A stretch of 60,467 bases of DNA from an uncultured Deferribacteres bacterium (GCA_964014485.1 CAXHAT010000015.1:1-60467), one strand, 5' to 3'; positions 1-10,081 are shown, numbered from the stretch's first letter. The notes: generated by a model not told the origin, from the letters alone. Program-made: numbers and translations.

Positions 1-45
1 GATGCAATGGAGTCTCGTGGGCTCGGAGATGTGTATAAGAGACAG
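1..45 (+). other. Illumina Nextera adapter contamination (P7 end + 8-nt index + read-2 adapter/Tn5 mosaic end)
   Basis: GAT + GCAATGGA + GTCTCGTGGGCTCGG + AGATGTGTATAAGAGACAG matches the Nextera i7 adapter layout exactly, at the contig end. Confidence 0.97.
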
Positions 46-65
46 AATTTATTGAACTGCAAAGT

Positions 66-701
66 TTACGGCACGCGCGTCGGGTCGGTCGTTGCTGAAA
101 AAGTCCCGTTAATGATGTTTCCCATACGCTCAGTAATCGTAAGCGAGCCGTCCGCTAAAATATAAGACTCGTCAGCGAAATCGATATAATTGCTTCGCGC
201 TTCCCAGAATATGTCCGCCTCCAAACCCTTCAAATAAAAGCCGTTGATCTCGCTGCCCAGCCCGATAAAGTACGTCTTCCCGGTACGGAGCGAATCGACC
301 GCAGCTTGCGTTGACATCGTCAGTAAAAAAATGTCCGCCTTTCCTTCTTCCTCGGCAGGCAGGACGCCGAAAATACTCAGCGCTTCGTTAACGCTGCTTA
401 GGCCTGTATTACTCACCAAATTGATCATTCCGCCGACGCCCGCCTCTCGCTGGCCTTTGAGGAGAACGCCCAAAGATGAAAACGCGCCCGTAGTGTCGCC
501 GTCGAAGCGAAAAGAAATTGATCCTGACCCCAGGCTGTCCGGCGTGGTCCCGAACGGGTCCGGGTTTACGATGGTATTGATTGTAAATTCGCCGTTCTCA
601 ATTTGCATAAAGGGGAAATCATTTTCCGGGACTTGCAGCCTTTCCGTGCAAGCTGACAATCCCCACAGCATAAATAACGTCAAAAAAATTCTTTTTCTCA
701 T
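66..701 (-). CDS. Hypothetical lipoprotein
   Basis: 211-aa ORF with a basic N-terminus, hydrophobic stretch and LSAC lipobox; GAGAGG RBS upstream. Confidence 0.75.
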   Translation of the reverse strand: MRKRIFLTLFMLWGLSACTERLQVPENDFPFMQIENGEFTINTIVNPDPFGTTPDSLGSGSISFRFDGDTTGAFSSLGVLLKGQREAGVGGMINLVSNTGLSSVNEALSIFGVLPAEEEGKADIFLLTMSTQAAVDSLRTGKTYFIGLGSEINGFYLKGLEADIFWEARSNYIDFADESYILADGSLTITERMGNIINGTFSATTDPTRVP

Positions 702-866
702 ATTGTACCTCTCAAAAACATTGAATTAGATTTGGTGATTGACTTGATAGTCAACGCGCAAAGTCGAAAAAATTTCCCAAAATTTGAACCGATAACCGAC
801 ATTCCGCAGAAGAATTTCTTCAATCTCATTAAGGCGGCCCTACGACTACTGTCAGTGAATTCAGAA

Positions 867-985
867 GGGACTGTCTCAAAACATAAAATCTCTAAAACGA
901 TACACAACATGTCGTAGGGGTTCAAGATTTTGAACCCCTACATATGATATGCCTTTCATTCAGACGTCATGTTTTTGGACAGCCC
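867..985. repeat. Small inverted-repeat element with a GTAG-REP-like core
   Basis: Ends GGGACTGTCTCAAAACAT / ATGTTTTTGGACAGCCC enclose the palindrome GTAGGGGTTCAAGATTTTGAACCCCTAC (914-941). A related copy lies at 44443-44515. Confidence 0.75.
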
Positions 986-995
986 GAATATTGAT

Positions 996-1051
996 CGAGA
1001 AACTCCAGTTTCGAGCCCATTTCCATTCCCAAACCGGAGTTTGGGAACGAG
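996..1051. repeat. REP-like palindrome (TTCCCAAAC..GTTTGGGAACGAG family)
   Basis: CGAGAAACTCCAGTTTCGAG plus TTCCCAAACCGGAGTTTGGGAACGAG; related copy at 39358-39449. Confidence 0.7.
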
Positions 1052-1135
1052 CCGCAATCAGGCGCTGTTTTCGGTTGAGCTTCGGGAGTGCTTTGCCGCG
1101 CTTAATATCAGTGAACAACTCGGGTTAGGGTAAAA

Positions 1136-2263
1136 TTACGCGCCCGTATCATTTTGGGTCGCGCCGTCAAATTTCACTTTTTGGCCGTCAATAATGCGGC
1201 TGACGCCGGCGGTGATAAGAAAATCACCATCCTTCAAACCTTCAAGAATTTCAATGCCGTCTGAGGTCAAATCGCCAATCACGACATTCCGGCGATGAAC
1301 GACGCCCACGCCTTCTTGCTCGCCGCTTGGCTCAACAATAAAAACAAATCTACCCAAACGATCCTCCCCTACGGCAACCGGCGGCGCAAGGAAACGTTCG
1401 CGTTTGCTTTGAGAGGTAAATTTGAACGCGACTTCCGCGGCCATCCCGGGAAGCGCACGCTCGTGAACGTCATCCAGCCGGATCGTCACTGGAAACGTTG
1501 TGGCTAATCTGCCCGAAGAAACGCCGACTTCAACGACGCGGCCTTGACACTCCAGACCTTGCAAGGCGTCGAACGTTACCACAACGCCGTCGCCTTCTCG
1601 GACATTCGCGATTAAAACTTCCGGCATCGCGACTTCAACCTCGAGCTTCGAACCGGCGGTCAACTGCGCGACCGTTTGCCCGCCTTGTACGTTTTCATTC
1701 TCTTCAACATCAACAGTGGCGATGGCGCCCGCCGTCGGCGCGGTTAGGCGTGCGTAGCCGAGCTGTCTTTTCGCTAGTTCCAGTTGTTTCTCCGCCGCTG
1801 AAACTTGTGCGGTCGTTGATTCGGACGCAGCGCGGGAGGCGTCAAGATCGTTGCGGGATGCGTTACGGTTCTCGTAGAGTTGTTTTACTCGTTCATAACT
1901 TTGTTGCGCTTGCAGCGCCTGAGCCTGAGCTTGATCCAAAGAGGCCTCCGCATGCTGCACCTGCAACCGAAAATCAGCCGGGTCAATTTCAGCGATAATC
2001 TGTCCGGCTCGCACCCGGTCGCCGACCTGAACGGACACGCTTTGCACCGTTCCCGACACTTTGAAGCTCAAACGCGATTCGACGCCAGCTTGAGCCGTAC
2101 CGGAAAATGAGCGAACGCGCTCGCCGCCGCCCGCAAAAACTTGTTGGAAGCGTACGGGACGAAGAGGCTCTTCCACCGGTTGTTCACCATTGCCGCAACC
2201 AAAGAACGGCGTTACCGCAATAAGTGTCAGCAACAAAAACATTCTGTTTTTTTTAATGGGCAT
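1136..2263 (-). CDS. RND efflux periplasmic adaptor (membrane fusion protein)
   Basis: Lipobox FFGC, lipoyl halves (LSFKVSG..V.VGDRV; LTAPTAG), coiled hairpin, C-terminal 'GLKDGDFLITAG'. Confidence 0.93.
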   Translation of the reverse strand: MPIKKNRMFLLLTLIAVTPFFGCGNGEQPVEEPLRPVRFQQVFAGGGERVRSFSGTAQAGVESRLSFKVSGTVQSVSVQVGDRVRAGQIIAEIDPADFRLQVQHAEASLDQAQAQALQAQQSYERVKQLYENRNASRNDLDASRAASESTTAQVSAAEKQLELAKRQLGYARLTAPTAGAIATVDVEENENVQGGQTVAQLTAGSKLEVEVAMPEVLIANVREGDGVVVTFDALQGLECQGRVVEVGVSSGRLATTFPVTIRLDDVHERALPGMAAEVAFKFTSQSKRERFLAPPVAVGEDRLGRFVFIVEPSGEQEGVGVVHRRNVVIGDLTSDGIEILEGLKDGDFLITAGVSRIIDGQKVKFDGATQNDTGA

Positions 2264-2334
2264 AGCTTGCTCCTTGATTCGATTAACCCTGCCGCTAAAA
2301 CCTTGAAATTATGAGCGTATTCTGTACCAGGCGA

Positions 2335-2539
2335 TTCACTACCTGACACTTTTTGCCTAGGCTTCTAAAACTGACGAAAAAGGCCGGAATTGTCATGCTG
2401 GAAGCATCTTTTTTGATCCGACCCTTGAACTTTTGGGCATGATCTGTACTGGGCGATAACAAAGCTTCCTCCAGAATGACAAAACTGGACCCTTAGACGG
2501 CTCGAAAATGCAGTTCACAAAAAAGTGTCAGGTAGAGAG
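2335..2539. mobile_element. MITE family A copy 1 (205 bp, 9-bp target site duplication)
   Basis: TIRs CTACCTGACACTTTTT / AAAAAGTGTCAGGTAG; ACCAGGCGA directly repeated on both sides; internal TTGTCATGCTGGAAGCATC...CCAGAATGACAA stem. Confidence 0.88.
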
Positions 2540-2635
2540 ACCAGGCGATAACAAAGATCCCTACGAAATGAAAAACCGACGTTTTTCGACACTCTCGCCA
2601 GTAATGCAAATCTTGGCAAAAGCAAAAAAATCGGT

Positions 2636-5005
2636 TCAAAACTCGCCTTGTGCGAAGTTTTCTAACTTTTGATACATTTCCATTTTTTCACCGTCGGACA
2701 TCAAATACCCGGAAACGCCCGCCGAACGCTGGACTTCGATGAAATCGATGAGAAAAGTATAAACGGCGTTTGCGGCGGCTTGTTCGGACGTCAGAGCCGC
2801 GTTTTGGGCGTCGATCAAATCGATAATCGAAAGCGCGCCGCGTGAATAAGCGTCGATAACCAGATCAAGGTTTTTCGCCGCGGCCGTTGCGGCGTCACGC
2901 GAGAGTTTGATGTCCGCGAACGAAGAACCGGCGGTATGCAAAGCCGTCCGAATGCGCTGCTCGATCCGTTCGGCGAGTGCGTCGCGTTGCAGCTTGAGCT
3001 GTTCCATTTCTTGGCGCGCTTGAGAACGCGCCGCTTTTTTAGAGCCGCCGGTAATCAACGGAAAACTCACGTTCAGCGCAACCGACCAATTCAAATCATC
3101 CGCCGTTTCCAGCATGCCGACGTTTGGAATTTCCAAACCGGCCGTTTGCGTTTTCGAAAACGTGTTTTCGAGCTCGGTTTGCAGCACGACGGTTGGAGCC
3201 CAGAACGCGCGCGACGCTCCAGAGAGCAGCGTTTTGCGCGCGGAAACCAGTGCGTCCAGTTGCGCCAATTCCGGGGAAGCCTGCAACCCTTCTTGAACCA
3301 TAAATGCGCGAAAAACCCTGAAACGTCCCTGATTTTCAAAATACTCCAACACCGGGCCCTGGTTCGTGAGAATTCGGTCGTCCTGGATATCGATTTCCCG
3401 CGTTTCAAAAGGGGCTTCTCCGGCATGATGCAACAATCGGTTGAGCTGAATTTCGGCAATGTTGCGTTGTGTATTGGCGCCGATTGCCCGGCTGCGGTTT
3501 GCCGCAATTTCGCTCTCCCAGCGATAAACGTCGGCGCGCCCTGAGAAGCCGACGGATTCACGAACTCTGGCCAATTCTAAATTGGCGCGCGTGCGTTGCA
3601 AGTTTTCTCGCTCAACGCGCTCATTCGTTTTTGCGCGCAACACCTGAAAATACGCCGTTGCCGTCGCTTGTGCAATATCGAGACGCAATTGGCGCTGTTC
3701 CTGCTCAAGCGATAATTGTACGTCTTTTTGGGCGCCGAAATTGGTCCAGGCGTCATTCGAGTACAGCACTTGCGACAGAGTCAGCGCGCCGCTGAATTTG
3801 CGCTGCGGCAGCGATCCGAATGATGCGTCCGCACGATCTTTGTCCACCTGAAACGCCGTCGCGCTCAAATCCATTTGCGGCAAAAGGTTCGAGCGCGCCA
3901 AAGAAACATTTTGTCGTCCCGCCATAACTTCGCGTTCCTTCGTCGCCAAATCAAGATTGGCTTCAACGGCCCGATGCACCGCAGTTTCGGCGTCCAAAAT
4001 GCGTTGGCTTTGCGAACGAACGGGGTTGATGACGTCCGCTTCCGTGAGCGCGGCAAACGGCAGCCAAACATCGATTGCACGCACCGTCGCCATATTCACC
4101 GTCAACTGCGCGCCTGCTGCAAACACAATCGAGAGCGTCCCTGCGTCTCTGCCAAGCAAAATCTGTTGTACGTTGAGAGCGACTCTGCGTGAAACGCGCG
4201 AAAAAATTTCCGGATTCATCGAGAGCATTAGGCCGCGCTCTACTTCGATGCGCCCCATCAGAGAAAAGCTCGGCAATTTGCGTTCAATCAAGCCCTGAAC
4301 CAGCCGGTCGAATTCGGAAGCCGAAAGATGAAGCAACGGGAGAACGTAGACGGCTTCGACCGTTGAGGGCAGCGCCGCCAACCCTTCGTCGACATTTTGG
4401 ACGGGGACAAGCGTTGGCGTCATATTCAATGAATCTGTGACGGTTCGAATGTTATTCAAAATATCAGGCACGGCCTGCATCACGGGAGGATTGAGTAGAA
4501 TTGCGACGTTTTGGAACGGAACGATTTCCTGAAAAGCGTGCAAGTCGCGCGCAAATGTAGACGGCAAACTAACATAACTCAGGTTTTGCACGCCGCTGGC
4601 GCCGTCTTTATACGGCAGTCCTTGCACGCCTGCGTCGAGAACGAACGGCGCAACGACCGGCTTGGGCAAGTTTGTTCGGCGGCAAACGTTGTTCGAAGCA
4701 ATGACGCCCATCGCCAGTACAAGATCGACTTCAGGATCGCTTAGCAATTGATCCAAAGCAGCGTCTACCCCGGCCACCGTCCAGTCCGCGACCAAATTCT
4801 TTTCCGGCGGAAATTGAACGTCGAATTCTCCCGCTGTCAATTCCCGAATTTCCGACTCAAACAATTCCTGAACGCCTTCGTTTCTGTCCCAAACGCCGTC
4901 GATGACAACGCCAATGCGTACTTGCGCCTCGAGCAAAGCGCTTCCGGGAATGAGAAACAGTGCCGCAAGAAAAATGTATTTCAAATTGGATCGTGAGGTA
5001 AGCAT
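2636..5005 (-). CDS. TolC-family outer membrane protein with an N-terminal ABC substrate-binding-like domain
   Basis: Signal peptide; about 330-aa periplasmic-binding-type region (LPSFSLMG..VERG; LTVNMATVRAI); two OEP repeats (LLPQMDL; YSRGALSIIDLIDAQ). Confidence 0.88.
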   Translation of the reverse strand: MLTSRSNLKYIFLAALFLIPGSALLEAQVRIGVVIDGVWDRNEGVQELFESEIRELTAGEFDVQFPPEKNLVADWTVAGVDAALDQLLSDPEVDLVLAMGVIASNNVCRRTNLPKPVVAPFVLDAGVQGLPYKDGASGVQNLSYVSLPSTFARDLHAFQEIVPFQNVAILLNPPVMQAVPDILNNIRTVTDSLNMTPTLVPVQNVDEGLAALPSTVEAVYVLPLLHLSASEFDRLVQGLIERKLPSFSLMGRIEVERGLMLSMNPEIFSRVSRRVALNVQQILLGRDAGTLSIVFAAGAQLTVNMATVRAIDVWLPFAALTEADVINPVRSQSQRILDAETAVHRAVEANLDLATKEREVMAGRQNVSLARSNLLPQMDLSATAFQVDKDRADASFGSLPQRKFSGALTLSQVLYSNDAWTNFGAQKDVQLSLEQEQRQLRLDIAQATATAYFQVLRAKTNERVERENLQRTRANLELARVRESVGFSGRADVYRWESEIAANRSRAIGANTQRNIAEIQLNRLLHHAGEAPFETREIDIQDDRILTNQGPVLEYFENQGRFRVFRAFMVQEGLQASPELAQLDALVSARKTLLSGASRAFWAPTVVLQTELENTFSKTQTAGLEIPNVGMLETADDLNWSVALNVSFPLITGGSKKAARSQARQEMEQLKLQRDALAERIEQRIRTALHTAGSSFADIKLSRDAATAAAKNLDLVIDAYSRGALSIIDLIDAQNAALTSEQAAANAVYTFLIDFIEVQRSAGVSGYLMSDGEKMEMYQKLENFAQGEF

Positions 5006-5155
5006 CCGCCAAACTCCTCGTTTTCAACAATGTGTCGCTCGCCGTTTTTGTATGGTTGGCATTCGAACAAAGATTGACAAGAGTTTTGAGCCGAGATCAT
5101 TGACCTTTTTCTGAGTCGCTTTTGGCTGGAGCGTCCTTTCCCATTCGCGCATACA

Positions 5156-5247
5156 GTCTTGATCAGGGAGTAACTCGGAGTCAAACGCTTCAGCGTTTGA
5201 GCGTGGCTTGCCGTCATTGGCGACGATGAATCGTCGAGCTCCAAAAA
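5156..5247. repeat. Dispersed palindromic repeat (REP-like), copy 1
   Basis: GTCTTGATCAGGG...TCAAACGCTTCAGCGTTTGA...CGACGATGAATCGTCG..CTCC; closely similar copy at 39067-39159. Confidence 0.75.
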
Positions 5248-5376
5248 GAACTTCTAAGGCGTCGAGACACAAGCGCACTTGATAAAACTGAAGGATTTAG
5301 GCGCGAAACGCCTATTGAAAAAAACGGCTCAACAATCTCGTCTCATACCATTCAAAAATTCTACAAAAAAAATTCC

Positions 5377-5405
5377 TTGACTCTCTTTTCATTCTTCATT
5401 ATTGT
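5377..5405 (+). promoter_or_regulatory. Putative sigma70 promoter of the GntR-ABC operon
   Basis: TTGACT-N17-TATTGT about 60 bp upstream of the GntR ATG, followed by an imperfect TGTAT...ATACA palindrome (possible operator). Confidence 0.55.
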
Positions 5406-5462
5406 TGTATCAACATAAACACTATATACACTATTAACAATCAGTACAAAAAATCGTACCGC

Positions 5463-5846
5463 ATGCGAATAGTGATTTCAAACTCCGCGCCCGAGCCGAT
5501 CTACGAACAAATCGGCAAACAAATCAAAAACCATATTATCGCCGGAGAATTGCAAGAGGGCGATGCTCTGCCCTCCATTCGCAACCTGGCGAAAGAACTG
5601 CGCATCAGCGTGATCACGACCAAGCGGGCCTACGACGAGTTAATTAAGGAAGGCTTTGTCGATTCTGTCACAGGCAAGGGTTGTTTTGTAGCGATGCAAA
5701 ACCAGGAACTGCTGCGTGAAAAAAAGATGAATTCGATCGAAGACGTCATGAGCGAAGCCGTACGAAAAGCGCAACGATTAGGCCTCGGACTGGACGAAAT
5801 GCAACAAATACTCACCATTTTATATGAAGAGGAGTCTAGCGAATGA
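5463..5846 (+). CDS. GntR family (YtrA subfamily) transcriptional regulator
   Basis: PIYEQI..LPSIRNLAKELRISVITTKRAYDEL winged HTH with a short C-terminal domain; precedes an ABC ATPase. Confidence 0.93.
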   Translation: MRIVISNSAPEPIYEQIGKQIKNHIIAGELQEGDALPSIRNLAKELRISVITTKRAYDELIKEGFVDSVTGKGCFVAMQNQELLREKKMNSIEDVMSEAVRKAQRLGLGLDEMQQILTILYEEESSE

Positions 5847-6694
5847 GCAATGCAATCGAACTGAAGAACGTCACCAAAGACTACGGCGATTTCAAATTAG
5901 ACAACGTTTCTCTGGCCCTACCAACCGGCTACATTATGGGGCTGATCGGCCCAAACGGCGCAGGCAAAACGACGATGATCAAATTGATCATGAACCTGAT
6001 TATGAAAAACGCCGGCGAAATTGAAGTCTTAGGCCTCAACTATCGAGAACATGAAGTGGAGATTAAGCAACGCATCGGCTTTGTCTACGACCTGCCGAAT
6101 TTTTACGAACATCTCTCTTTGAAGCAACTCAAGAACATTATTGCTCCGTTTTATAAACGCTGGGACGACGCCGCGTTCGATAAATTCGTGCAGCGTTTCG
6201 ATTTGCCGCTGAACAAAGTCATGAAAAAGTTTTCGCGCGGCATGCAGATGAAAAGCGCCATCGCTCTTGCTTTTTCGCATTACGCCGATCTCATCATAAT
6301 GGATGAACCGACCTCTGGACTCGACCCGATTTCGCGCCGGGAATTCCTCGATCTATTGCGCGACCTGATGCAAGACGAGAAACGCTCGATCCTTTTTTCC
6401 ACCCACATCACCAGCGACATTGAAGGCGTCGCCGATTACATTACTTTCATTTTGGGCGGCAAGATCGTTTTTTCCAGCAGCAAGGACGAAATCATGGAAA
6501 ACTACGCCATCGTAAAGGGCGGGCACGATCAGACGCCTGCGGAATCAAATGGTTGTTTTGTAGGGATCAGACAAGGCGAGTTCGGCTTTGAAGCGCTGAC
6601 CAGGGACGTGGCCGCCGTACGCAAGAAATTCGGTTCCGAACTCATGATCGACCGGGCTTCGCTGGAAGACATCATGTACTACAGTAATCTGTAA
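5843..6694 (+). CDS. ABC transporter ATP-binding protein (YtrB-like)
   Basis: Walker A GPNGAGKTT, signature FSRGM, Walker B IIMDEP, STH switch; 4-bp overlap with the GntR gene. Confidence 0.95.
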   Translation: MSNAIELKNVTKDYGDFKLDNVSLALPTGYIMGLIGPNGAGKTTMIKLIMNLIMKNAGEIEVLGLNYREHEVEIKQRIGFVYDLPNFYEHLSLKQLKNIIAPFYKRWDDAAFDKFVQRFDLPLNKVMKKFSRGMQMKSAIALAFSHYADLIIMDEPTSGLDPISRREFLDLLRDLMQDEKRSILFSTHITSDIEGVADYITFILGGKIVFSSSKDEIMENYAIVKGGHDQTPAESNGCFVGIRQGEFGFEALTRDVAAVRKKFGSELMIDRASLEDIMYYSNL

Positions 6695-6712
6695 TTCAGC
6701 CTGGAGAGATCG

Positions 6713-7435
6713 ATGTTTAATCTCATTTTGAAAGATTTCCGGGCGCTTTTTGGGTACCAATTGGCCATGGGCGGAGCCATATTTCTGATCACCCTTCTAA
6801 CGCTCGTGCTCTTGCTTGACGATGGACGGCAAGTGATCGGGCCAGTGTTTGTCGGCATTGCCTTTGTGCTTTGCGCCGCCAGCGGACTGCTGTTCCTGCG
6901 CACGGACGACGCGTTCAAAACAGATCAGATTTTTGCCAGCCTGCCGGTTAATCGCGCCGAGATTGTTGTCGCGCGCTATGTGACCGCCTTCGCACAAATG
7001 GCCGTCGGAGTGCTGCTGGTTGTGGCCGCAATCCCGCTCGCTGAGTTCATGCAAGAGAATTTCGGCGATCCAGTGCTGACGGTTTTCCGAAGCGGTCCGG
7101 GGATGGTTCTGCTGTTCATCGGCCTGATGCTCAGCACCTCAACCCTATTGCCGTTCGTGTTCAAATTCGGCTTTAACGCAGGCGTTGTCGCGGCTTCGCT
7201 CACGCAGCTTGGTCTGCTGGCGCTGGTTGTTGCCGCTAATGCCGTCCTCAGCGCAATGGCGGGAAATGGAACATTCGATCCTGCCGTTATTCAACGCATT
7301 CTCGAGGGAGCTCTCAACTGGCTGAAAACTGCGCCGAATGAGCTTGTTTTGACAATACTTTTTGCGGCGTTTGTCATTATTATCAGCGCGTCATTGGGCT
7401 TGTCAGTGGCGTTTTATCAACGAAAAGACATATAA
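6713..7435 (+). CDS. ABC-2 type permease
   Basis: About 6 TM segments; 'LILKDF' start and 'SLPVNRAEIVVARY' motif. Confidence 0.85.
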   Translation: MFNLILKDFRALFGYQLAMGGAIFLITLLTLVLLLDDGRQVIGPVFVGIAFVLCAASGLLFLRTDDAFKTDQIFASLPVNRAEIVVARYVTAFAQMAVGVLLVVAAIPLAEFMQENFGDPVLTVFRSGPGMVLLFIGLMLSTSTLLPFVFKFGFNAGVVAASLTQLGLLALVVAANAVLSAMAGNGTFDPAVIQRILEGALNWLKTAPNELVLTILFAAFVIIISASLGLSVAFYQRKDI

Positions 7436-7487
7436 ACTCTCAAATATATTGGAAATCGACTGTGGTGATTTCCGATTTGGAGGCGAC

Positions 7488-8132
7488 ATGATTGCAGCAT
7501 TAATCGCGAAAGATCTTCGCGCGTATAAATCGTCCATATTTGGCAATTTTCTTTTCGGGATCGTCTTTGTTTTTCTCAACGTTACGCTGAACGCCATCGG
7601 GGCTGACGAGTTTGTCGCCTATTCAGCGGTATTCATTTTAACGGCAAATATTGCGCTTCTTTTGGGGGACAAAAAAGGCGGCGTCGACCTGCTCACGTTC
7701 AGCCTGCCCGTTACGCGGACTCAAATCGTCAAAGCGCGCTATTTGGCGGGCTTTGTCATCTGCTTCATTGGCGTGCTGGTTTGGATTGCCGCGGCTGCGC
7801 TGCTTGTCAACCTGAGCGAAAACTTTGATTTCGCTTTCAGAGATATTTTTAGCTGGAAACTTGGCTTCTCCGTGCTCGCCTTTTTCCTGGTGCAAATGAG
7901 CATCTGTTTTCCGGCATATTTCAAGCTCAATATGATCGGCACGATGATTTGTTTTATCGTCTCAACACTGATTCCCCTGCTGTTGATCATCACATTGGGA
8001 CGAGAGGTTAAAGACGCCGCACCAGGCGCAGACGCCTTTATCATTTATGCCGCGATTTTTCTGCTTTTCGCTGGATTTATGACCGGTTCCTATTTCCTCT
8101 CGCGCGCCATAAACCGTCGCCGCGAGCTGTAG
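7488..8132 (+). CDS. ABC-2 type permease (paralog)
   Basis: GGAGG RBS before ATG 7488; 'LIAKDL' and 'SLPVTRTQIVKARY' motifs; multiple TM segments. Confidence 0.85.
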   Translation: MIAALIAKDLRAYKSSIFGNFLFGIVFVFLNVTLNAIGADEFVAYSAVFILTANIALLLGDKKGGVDLLTFSLPVTRTQIVKARYLAGFVICFIGVLVWIAAAALLVNLSENFDFAFRDIFSWKLGFSVLAFFLVQMSICFPAYFKLNMIGTMICFIVSTLIPLLLIITLGREVKDAAPGADAFIIYAAIFLLFAGFMTGSYFLSRAINRRREL

Positions 8133-8227
8133 CTAACCTGAAAGAATCGTTTTTGAGAACGATTCTTTCAGGAGCGACCGAAATAGCGCGTCAGGCGTCA
8201 TGGAAATGCCTGACACATTCTTCACAT

Positions 8228-8818
8228 CTACTTCATCAACATCAGTTTACGCTGAGCGGTGAATTTCGCGCCGACTTTGATCTTGTAGAGATAAACGCCG
8301 CTTGCGACGCGCCGCCCAACATCGTCGCGCGCGTCCCAGACGACTTTGTAAGCGCCGGGGGCGTAATCGTCAGAAACGAGGGTGCGCACGAGCTGCCCAA
8401 CGCTGTTGTAGATGTTCAGCGAAACATGTCCCGCCTCAATCAGATCGAACTGAATGGTCGTGCTCGGGTTGAACGGGTTCGGGTAGTTTTGCTGCAGGGA
8501 GAATTCTTTCGGCATAGCGGCGCCAACAGGCTCGACGCTGGTTGGAAGCATACCCGAAAGAATGAACATCTTCCCGCCGTTCGCCACAAAAAACTGTGGT
8601 CTAAAAGACGTTCTGTTCGCAGCGAAAGTCGCCGTACCGGTATTGGTGATTGTCACCCCCGGCCCGACGGTGACGGCGCCCGAGGTCGAAAACGTCTCCG
8701 ATGTTGAAATCGTCGTATTTTCCACCACAATATCTTGCGCCGTCGCCGCCCCAAATTGCGCCCCTAACGCCAGCGCAATCACGAACAGCAAGGATTTTTT
8801 GAAAATTCGCGAGATCAT
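8228..8818 (-). CDS. Small secreted protein: short beta-stack domain plus FlgD-Ig/T9SS-like C-terminal domain
   Basis: Signal peptide; a beta-rich segment resembling the '3-coathanger stack' domain; C-terminal QNYPNPFNPSTTI...SGVYLY..KLMLMK. Confidence 0.85.
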   Translation of the reverse strand: MISRIFKKSLLFVIALALGAQFGAATAQDIVVENTTISTSETFSTSGAVTVGPGVTITNTGTATFAANRTSFRPQFFVANGGKMFILSGMLPTSVEPVGAAMPKEFSLQQNYPNPFNPSTTIQFDLIEAGHVSLNIYNSVGQLVRTLVSDDYAPGAYKVVWDARDDVGRRVASGVYLYKIKVGAKFTAQRKLMLMK

Positions 8819-8952
8819 ATTGAACTCCTTGTTTTATAAGCACCAGACTTTCATCAATACGCCGAAAGTCTGAGCACTTCTTTATGTCTGAAAAATTCCC
8901 GATGGCTGAATTTTGCACCAATCCAACCATCCAATACTCCATCAATCCAATT

Positions 8953-9957
8953 TCACCGTTCGCCGTCCAAACGGGACTGTAAGGCGTTGATTTGCTTTTG
9001 CTGCTCTTGCACGACTTTCGTCAGCAGCGCGACGACGTCCATCGGGCTGAGGGACTTCCTGTCTTTTTGCGCCACGATTTCCGGCACATCTTCGGCGATG
9101 AAACCCAGATAATTTTCATCTTTCTGGTTTTTGTAGTTGTACCGCACCGGCTCCAGCGCATTGAGTGCTGAAATCGCTTCAGCACCGTCGAGTGCGGCAA
9201 TGTTCTCCTTCAACATACGCGAGCTGGCGTTCGTCCATACGCCGCCTGCGGTGACATGCGCGCCGCTGATCATTTCCAGAGGATGGCTTGGCGTCAAAAA
9301 CTCCGTACCGATGCCAACATTGCCGGCGTTGTCGATCGTCATTCGTCGAAATCCTAATGTAGCAAGAGACAGAGCGCCAGCCGTGTGGTCAACCGAGATT
9401 CCTCCGGAATTGCCTTGTTCGTGGCTGCCCAAATGAATGAAGGAGCCCGCATCTTTACTTCCCATAATGCCGATACCGGTAAAGAACGAACTCGTGAAAA
9501 CCGCCGCCAGATTTGGATCGAGCGTGTTAATCTCCGGGTTCTGCCCATCTCTGGAAACGACAAATTTTCTTTGAGGCGTTCTCGTGCCGACACCGACATC
9601 GCCGTTATTTTTAACCGTCATCCGAATTCTATCGTTGGCTTCAACGACGAATGCGCCGCTGCTGTCTTGGCCGACGTCAATTCGCCCGGCCCCGGGTCTG
9701 CCAAAAAAACGGAGTTGGGGACTGTTGCCCAAGCCGTCGTACGAGCTGAGCAACACGGTGCCGCGAAAAATATCGACACTAGTGTGATGACGGATCTCCC
9801 CAACAGATCCCGCTATATGCAGAGGGTAGCGTGGTTTTATTGTGCCAATTCCAACCTTGTTTCCGGTGATGGTCATCGTTGTGTCCTGAGCTTGAGCCAT
9901 AGAAAACAGGAATAGGCCGAAAAAGAGCATTGCAGAAAATCGTTTGAGTGATTTCAT
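8953..9957 (-). CDS. Secreted fibre-like protein with a C-terminal intramolecular chaperone (peptidase S74) domain
   Basis: Signal peptide, three VGIGT/VGVGT repeats, 'SSRMLKENI', 'GFIAEDV' and a C-terminal coiled coil. Confidence 0.88.
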   Translation of the reverse strand: MKSLKRFSAMLFFGLFLFSMAQAQDTTMTITGNKVGIGTIKPRYPLHIAGSVGEIRHHTSVDIFRGTVLLSSYDGLGNSPQLRFFGRPGAGRIDVGQDSSGAFVVEANDRIRMTVKNNGDVGVGTRTPQRKFVVSRDGQNPEINTLDPNLAAVFTSSFFTGIGIMGSKDAGSFIHLGSHEQGNSGGISVDHTAGALSLATLGFRRMTIDNAGNVGIGTEFLTPSHPLEMISGAHVTAGGVWTNASSRMLKENIAALDGAEAISALNALEPVRYNYKNQKDENYLGFIAEDVPEIVAQKDRKSLSPMDVVALLTKVVQEQQKQINALQSRLDGER

Positions 9958-10081
9958 GATTGTTTCCTTGTTTTGGTTTTGTTGAATTGTTTGACTGATT
10001 GCCTGGCCAGGCGAATACTTGTGATCCGGCGCTCGCTTAGAACGCCGCTTTTTTTCAAAGGATGATGTTGGAAATAAAGTT

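Noticed and set aside
27..45. Tn5 mosaic end as a natural transposon terminus
   Set aside because: It is embedded in the full synthetic Nextera adapter with an index.
8953..9957. Tail-fibre-like gene as evidence of a prophage
   Set aside because: It has a Sec signal peptide and there are no phage structural, packaging or integrase genes nearby.
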